From NCBI GenBank assembly GCA_023151275.1, contig JAKLJI010000004.1:4946-68945 (forward strand): a stretch of DNA of 64,000 nucleotides. Direction: 5' to 3'. The translations under genes were made by a program, and so were the position numbers. The stretch is from Bacteroidia bacterium. GTDB lineage: Bacteria; Bacteroidota; Bacteroidia; UKL13-3. The notes under the pieces were generated by a model that saw only the letters and a list, made by a program, of their open reading frames with translations, searched no databases and was not told the DNA's origin. Shown piece after piece: positions 59,496 to 64,000 of this stretch (position 1 is its first letter; the number at the start of each line of letters is the position of its first letter).

Positions 59496-60239
59496 TTACT
59501 TGTTCAACAACTGGTACCGAATTTCAACTCGTTCCGAAAATTCAATTTCCTGAATGCTGAAGTCGGTTGAAAATTGCTGTCCGCTTGCATCAGCCACCGC
59601 TGCAGGAGCCATCCATTTCATTTCTGCATTTACAGGTGCATGCAGTTGTTCGGCTAAGTGGTAACGGATATATTCTACGTTGCCAACTTTCATTCCAGAG
59701 GCTTCGGCTAGTGCATTGGCGCGAATACCTGCATTTTTAACCGCAATCTTAATCAATTCCAATTCTGTTTTTTCTTTCAATGCCTCCGAGCATTCGTTGC
59801 CCATTGAAATGGTTAAATCGGCGCTGGTATTTTGCGAGCTAAGGTTTTTATAAACCTTCAACAAGCGCTGCTTATCCAATGGAAATTTAACAACATAACT
59901 TTGGGTTGCACTAAATCCAATCCGTTTTGCTTCTCCATTCTTTCCATAATCAAAGCGTGCATTTACCGAGAAATTGCTTAGTTTTATTTGTTCCTCAGTA
60001 AAGCCTTCTGCTTTCAATTGCTTGAGAATTTCTTGCTGCCTGCGCGCTAGCTTTTCCAAACTTTCCGATTCTGTTTTTGCATCTGCATTCAGATTTAGGT
60101 ATAAAATGGCAACGTCAGGAATTACCAATTTCCGAGATTCTCCTGCAAGTGCAATTCCTGCTGCTTGTGCTTGTACCTGCTGACTTTTTCCTGCCACAAC
60201 CAGCAACAGGAGAATAAAGAATAGACTTAATTTTTTCAT
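59496..60239 (-). CDS. SIMPL-domain (DUF541, YggE/Bp26-like) periplasmic protein
   Basis: The likely true start is MKKLSLFFILLLLVVAG, a signal peptide; the track ORF runs on to 60356. LVIPDVAILYLNL and the C-terminal ...ALAEASGMKVGNV... follow the SIMPL pattern. Confidence 0.6.
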   Translation of the reverse strand: MKKLSLFFILLLLVVAGKSQQVQAQAAGIALAGESRKLVIPDVAILYLNLNADAKTESESLEKLARRQQEILKQLKAEGFTEEQIKLSNFSVNARFDYGKNGEAKRIGFSATQSYVVKFPLDKQRLLKVYKNLSSQNTSADLTISMGNECSEALKEKTELELIKIAVKNAGIRANALAEASGMKVGNVEYIRYHLAEQLHAPVNAEMKWMAPAAVADASGQQFSTDFSIQEIEFSERVEIRYQLLNK

Positions 60240-60372
60240 GTGATTTCGTTTGAGATTATTTTGTGAACACTTATGTATTGCCTCAAGCCATTCAAATTTC
60301 ATTCCAAAGCAATTTCCGGTTGAGTGCATGAATTTGAAGGCCTCAGTAAGACCCATTTAAATTCTTTAGTGA

Positions 60373-61092
60373 TTAGCCTTTGAGGCACCTTTTGTACAGT
60401 TGAATGGTGTTTTCCAATCCCAACATGAGTGAATCACAAACCAATGCATGGCCTATGGAAACTTCCTCCAACCAGGGAATGCAGGTTTTAAAGTAGGCAA
60501 GGTTTTCTAAACTTAAATCATGGCCTGCATTCAAACCCAAACCAAGCTCTTTGGCGCGTTCTGCTGCTTTAACATAAGCCTCAATTGCCTGTTCTTTTCC
60601 TTTTGAATATTGACTTGCGTAGGCCTCGGTGTACAATTCTATCCGATCCGTGCCACATTCATAAGCTCCTTCTACCAAGCGAACATCAGGGTCTACAAAA
60701 ATGGAAGTACGAATGCCTGCATTTTTAAAGGTTTGAATCATGGATTTCAGGAAATCTTGCTCCTTATACGTGTCCCAACCGTGGTCGCTGGTGAGTTGAT
60801 TACTAGCATCGGGCACTAGCGTAACTTGGTGTGGTTTATTCTTTAAAACCAGTTCGACAAACTTTTCTTCTTTAGGGTTGCCTTCTATATTTAGCTCAGT
60901 TCCAATAACTTCTTTCAAGGCAGAAACATCTGAATAGCGAATATGTCTTTCATCCGGCCGGGGATGAATGGTGATGCCATCTGCCCCGAATTGCTCACAA
61001 AAAACGGCCATCCGAATAATATCAGGGTTATTTCCTCCTCTTGAGTTACGGATTAACGCTAATTTATTTATGTTTACACTTAATTTTGTCAT
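60373..61092 (-). CDS. pdxJ: pyridoxine 5'-phosphate synthase
   Basis: MTKLSVNINKLALIRNSRGGN N-terminus; the start is taken at the internal Met of the track ORF. Confidence 0.85.
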   Translation of the reverse strand: MTKLSVNINKLALIRNSRGGNNPDIIRMAVFCEQFGADGITIHPRPDERHIRYSDVSALKEVIGTELNIEGNPKEEKFVELVLKNKPHQVTLVPDASNQLTSDHGWDTYKEQDFLKSMIQTFKNAGIRTSIFVDPDVRLVEGAYECGTDRIELYTEAYASQYSKGKEQAIEAYVKAAERAKELGLGLNAGHDLSLENLAYFKTCIPWLEEVSIGHALVCDSLMLGLENTIQLYKRCLKG

Positions 61093-63721
61093 TCGTACAC
61101 GGGTGTTTTTTATCTTCAAACATACAAAAGTTTGTGCTTGGCATAGGCCAATATTGCTGCTAGTAATTTTATTTGCCGGTTTTCAGCCACTTTGGTCGCA
61201 GGTTAAAACAGACAGCATCCGCCAGGTTTTGCATTCAGGCAAGCTAAATACTGCTGATTATGCAGAATCAATGGTAGATTTATCCTTCGCACTTCTGGAA
61301 AATGAACACCTTGATTCCGGTTACAATACCGCTGTTTCGGCATTGGAATTTGCAAGGTTAAATAAATTAAAAGAGACAGAAGCTTATGCGAAACTTGCTA
61401 TTGTTTTTAGTCGATTTGATAAACAACCTTACGATAGTTCAATCTTAATACTTGAAGACATTATTCGGGTTCTTGCTGAATCAGAGAAAAAAAATGCACT
61501 TGCCCGCGCTTTCAACCTGTGTGGAATTGCCTTTGAGCGCCGTGGCTTGTATAAACAAGCTATACAAAACTATTACAAGGCAATGTACATCTTTGAAGAA
61601 AAGAAAGATTTGCATGGTCTGGCAGATACATATAACAACATAGGCCTGCTTTACCAAGCCGAAAAAAGATACACCGAAGCCACAGCTTTCTTCAAAAGAT
61701 CCCTCGAATTGGTTTATAAGATGGGTGGTAACCACAATTCCGAGGCCAATGCCCTTAACAATTTAGCGATTGTTTACCACGAAAATCATCAGCCTAGAGA
61801 GGCATTAAAGTATTTTTTGAAAGTTTACGAGCTCGACAAAAAAGAAAACTATCCGCCCAATTTGGCATTGAGCTACAATAACCTGGGTTTGGTTTACTCC
61901 GATTTGGGCCAAATGGATAAAGCTATCGATTACTTGCGAAAATCAATTGCAATAAAAGCCTCCTTTGGTGCAACACTTGATTTAGGAAATGCTTACAACA
62001 ATTTGGGTTTCGTTTACCTGAAAAAGAATTGGTTAGATTCCTCCGAAATCTATTTCCGAAAGGCAGAAAAACTTGCAACCACAAGTGATGGAATACCCTT
62101 GTTACTTGAGGTGTATGATGGATTGCATAAGGTGTTTCAAAAAAAGAACAACTTTAAAGAGGCCTATACCTATCTCCAAAAGTTTGATGCTCTTAAAGAT
62201 ACAATTTATCGCAAGGAAACTAGTTCCCACCTCGACCAGTTGCAATTGGATTACCTTCAGCTAAAATCGGAAAAGAACGAGGCCGAAACCAATTCCTTCC
62301 GTGAAAAGGCTCGTTTCCGTAAGACCTTGCTCATTTCGGGTGTTCTAATTAGCTTTTTAGTTCTGTTAATTATGTGGTTCTATTTGGTTAGGGTAAAGCG
62401 CGTAAATCATGAACTTAATGCCAAACAAAAGAAAATCGAGATTCAAAATAAAATTCTTCAGGTAAAAAATGTAGAAATCCTTCAAGCAAAAGAGGCGGCT
62501 GAGGAGGCCGCAAAAGTAAAGGCCCAATTCATTTCTACCATTTCACATGAAATTAGAACTCCTTTGAATGCAATCGTTGGGGTTACAAATTTGCTTCAAC
62601 AAAGCAATCCACCAACCAGTCAGCTCGAAAACCTGAATATCCTCAAGATATCTTCCGATAATCTCCTGGCCCTCGTGAACAATATCCTCGATTTTTCCAA
62701 AATGGAGGCTGGTAAGATGCAATTTGAAAATATCGAGTTCAACCTGAAAAGTATTGTTCTTGATATCCGCGATTTGTTCTCGGTTAAGGCCGCAGAAAAA
62801 GGAGTAGAACTGCTGGTAAGTTTTGACGAAAAAATTCCCGCAGTCCTCAAGGGTGATCCATTACGGATTAACCAATTGCTGATTAATCTCGTAAGCAATG
62901 CCATTAAGTTTACTGAAAGGGGTTATGTTAAGATTGAAGTTGGGCTTCAATTAAGCACGGTCAATCATTCACTGGTGCATTTTAAAATTAAAGACACCGG
63001 GATTGGAATTTCAAATCAAAAACAAAACCAAATATTTGAATCCTTTACACAAGCAGATGGAAACATAACTCGCAAGTATGGCGGCTCCGGTTTGGGATTG
63101 TCCATTTGCAAACGCATTTTGGAAAATCTGAATAGTAAGCTGCAATTGAGCTCCGAACCAGGAACGGGTTCTACCTTTTATTTTTCAATTAATTTCGAGG
63201 TTAGCAGAAATGCTGCGGTTGGAAAAAGCCAAAGAACTGCCTCATTTGAGGATTCTCTGAAAGGCAAGCGTGTTCTTATTGCTGAAGATAATATGATGAA
63301 TATCCTGGTTATCCGCCAGTTCCTGCACAAATGGGAAGTGTTAACAGATGTGGTAATGAATGGTAAAGAAGCCTACTCAAAAGCGTTAACAGAAACCTTT
63401 GATGCGATTCTGATGGATATTCACATGCCGGAGATGGATGGTATTGAAGCCACAAAATTAATCCGTAAAATTCCGGATGAACGGAAACGCCGTATACCGA
63501 TCATCGCTATCACAGCCGAAAATGAAATGCAATTCCGCCAAAAAGTGTATGAAGTGGGGATGAATGACTACATTTTCAAACCTTTTAACCCAGATGATTT
63601 AAAGGAAAGATTAGGGTACGTGCTTTACAATAACCATTTGTTTGTAAGCCAGTCTCAAAAATCACCGTCTGAAACCTTTAGTGTCTCTAATCTAGTTGAT
63701 AATACCAATGTAAATCCGTAA
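61070..63721 (+). CDS. hybrid sensor histidine kinase with N-terminal TPR repeats, HisKA, HATPase_c and a C-terminal receiver domain
   Basis: TPR-like N-terminal half, one TM helix, H-box ISHEIRTPLNAI, G-box GGSGLGLSICKRI, and a REC domain (LIAEDNMMN...DAILMDIHMP). The start is uncertain: ATG 61070 or GTG about 61103. The track start of 60968 would overlap pdxJ. Confidence 0.8.
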   Translation: MFTLNFVIRTRVFFIFKHTKVCAWHRPILLLVILFAGFQPLWSQVKTDSIRQVLHSGKLNTADYAESMVDLSFALLENEHLDSGYNTAVSALEFARLNKLKETEAYAKLAIVFSRFDKQPYDSSILILEDIIRVLAESEKKNALARAFNLCGIAFERRGLYKQAIQNYYKAMYIFEEKKDLHGLADTYNNIGLLYQAEKRYTEATAFFKRSLELVYKMGGNHNSEANALNNLAIVYHENHQPREALKYFLKVYELDKKENYPPNLALSYNNLGLVYSDLGQMDKAIDYLRKSIAIKASFGATLDLGNAYNNLGFVYLKKNWLDSSEIYFRKAEKLATTSDGIPLLLEVYDGLHKVFQKKNNFKEAYTYLQKFDALKDTIYRKETSSHLDQLQLDYLQLKSEKNEAETNSFREKARFRKTLLISGVLISFLVLLIMWFYLVRVKRVNHELNAKQKKIEIQNKILQVKNVEILQAKEAAEEAAKVKAQFISTISHEIRTPLNAIVGVTNLLQQSNPPTSQLENLNILKISSDNLLALVNNILDFSKMEAGKMQFENIEFNLKSIVLDIRDLFSVKAAEKGVELLVSFDEKIPAVLKGDPLRINQLLINLVSNAIKFTERGYVKIEVGLQLSTVNHSLVHFKIKDTGIGISNQKQNQIFESFTQADGNITRKYGGSGLGLSICKRILENLNSKLQLSSEPGTGSTFYFSINFEVSRNAAVGKSQRTASFEDSLKGKRVLIAEDNMMNILVIRQFLHKWEVLTDVVMNGKEAYSKALTETFDAILMDIHMPEMDGIEATKLIRKIPDERKRRIPIIAITAENEMQFRQKVYEVGMNDYIFKPFNPDDLKERLGYVLYNNHLFVSQSQKSPSETFSVSNLVDNTNVNP

Positions 63722-63980
63722 GGTTATACAAGGCAATTAAACGGCCTTTTTCATCAAACAAAGCATTTATCGACTTCTTTTTTTCCTGCTCTGTTAGAAT
63801 GTAGATATTGGTGAAATTTTTCTCTCCGGTTGAAAAGCTATTCACTTTGCTGAACTTAGCAGGGTCAAATCCGGGAGCTCTTTCTGATTGCCCGTAATCT
63901 GTGAGTAGAATTCCCCCACGGCTATTGTAATCTTTACCCCAAAAAAACAATTGAAGATTTTCTTTTTCCTGTCCATCCAA
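63687..63980 (-). CDS. hypothetical protein, possibly N-terminally incomplete at the window edge
   Basis: 97-aa ORF. No recognised motif. Confidence 0.25.
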   Translation of the reverse strand: MDGQEKENLQLFFWGKDYNSRGGILLTDYGQSERAPGFDPAKFSKVNSFSTGEKNFTNIYILTEQEKKKSINALFDEKGRLIALYNLTDLHWYYQLD

Positions 63981-64000
63981 CTTGAAAATGCTTACATTAA

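Noticed and set aside
60968-61069. Upstream extension of the hybrid histidine kinase ORF overlapping pdxJ
   Set aside because: It would overlap the divergently transcribed pdxJ coding region by more than 100 nt. A start at ATG 61070 or GTG about 61103, followed by a signal-peptide-like segment, is more plausible.
1-64000. Search for CRISPR arrays, rRNA genes and additional tRNAs
   Set aside because: No array of regularly spaced direct repeats and no rRNA-like conserved blocks were seen. The only tRNA-like cloverleaf I could fold is tRNA-Leu at 51715-51796.

Overview
This is a 64 kb stretch of a Bacteroidota chromosome (about 40-45% GC judged by eye). Four cargo proteins carry T9SS C-terminal sorting domains, and promoter and terminator signals look Bacteroidetes-like. 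Most of the window is core housekeeping: pckA, metF, ileS with a dksA-like gene, a methyltransferase and lspA, clpP and clpX, lpd, ppiB, serS, tig, one tRNA-Leu(TAG), an RSH (p)ppGpp enzyme, fur, purA and pdxJ. Around these sit accessory pieces: a tripartite T1SS-like exporter (ABC, HlyD, TolC), an MMPL/RND exporter, two sensor kinases, an Rpn-family PD-(D/E)XK putative transposase, and an IS200-like Y1 (RAYT-type) transposase flanked by long direct repeats containing REP-like palindromes. No rRNA and no CRISPR array was seen. The most notable region is a small islet just downstream of purA (about 56.08-59.45 kb). It starts with one copy of a GC-rich about 200-nt element that recurs inverted at 4.25-4.45 kb with a compensatory stem change. 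It then carries a translationally coupled pair: an SMC/ABC-type ATPase and a DUF4276-like gene with TOPRIM-like E and DxD motifs, which together resemble a split OLD-family module. The second gene is broken by one in-frame TAG. Next to the pair is a HEPN/minimal-nucleotidyltransferase toxin-antitoxin pair. I read this islet as a candidate, partly decayed defence module that to my knowledge has not been experimentally characterised. All domain calls come from motif recognition in the translations, not from database searches. Hand-derived coordinates may be off by a few nt.
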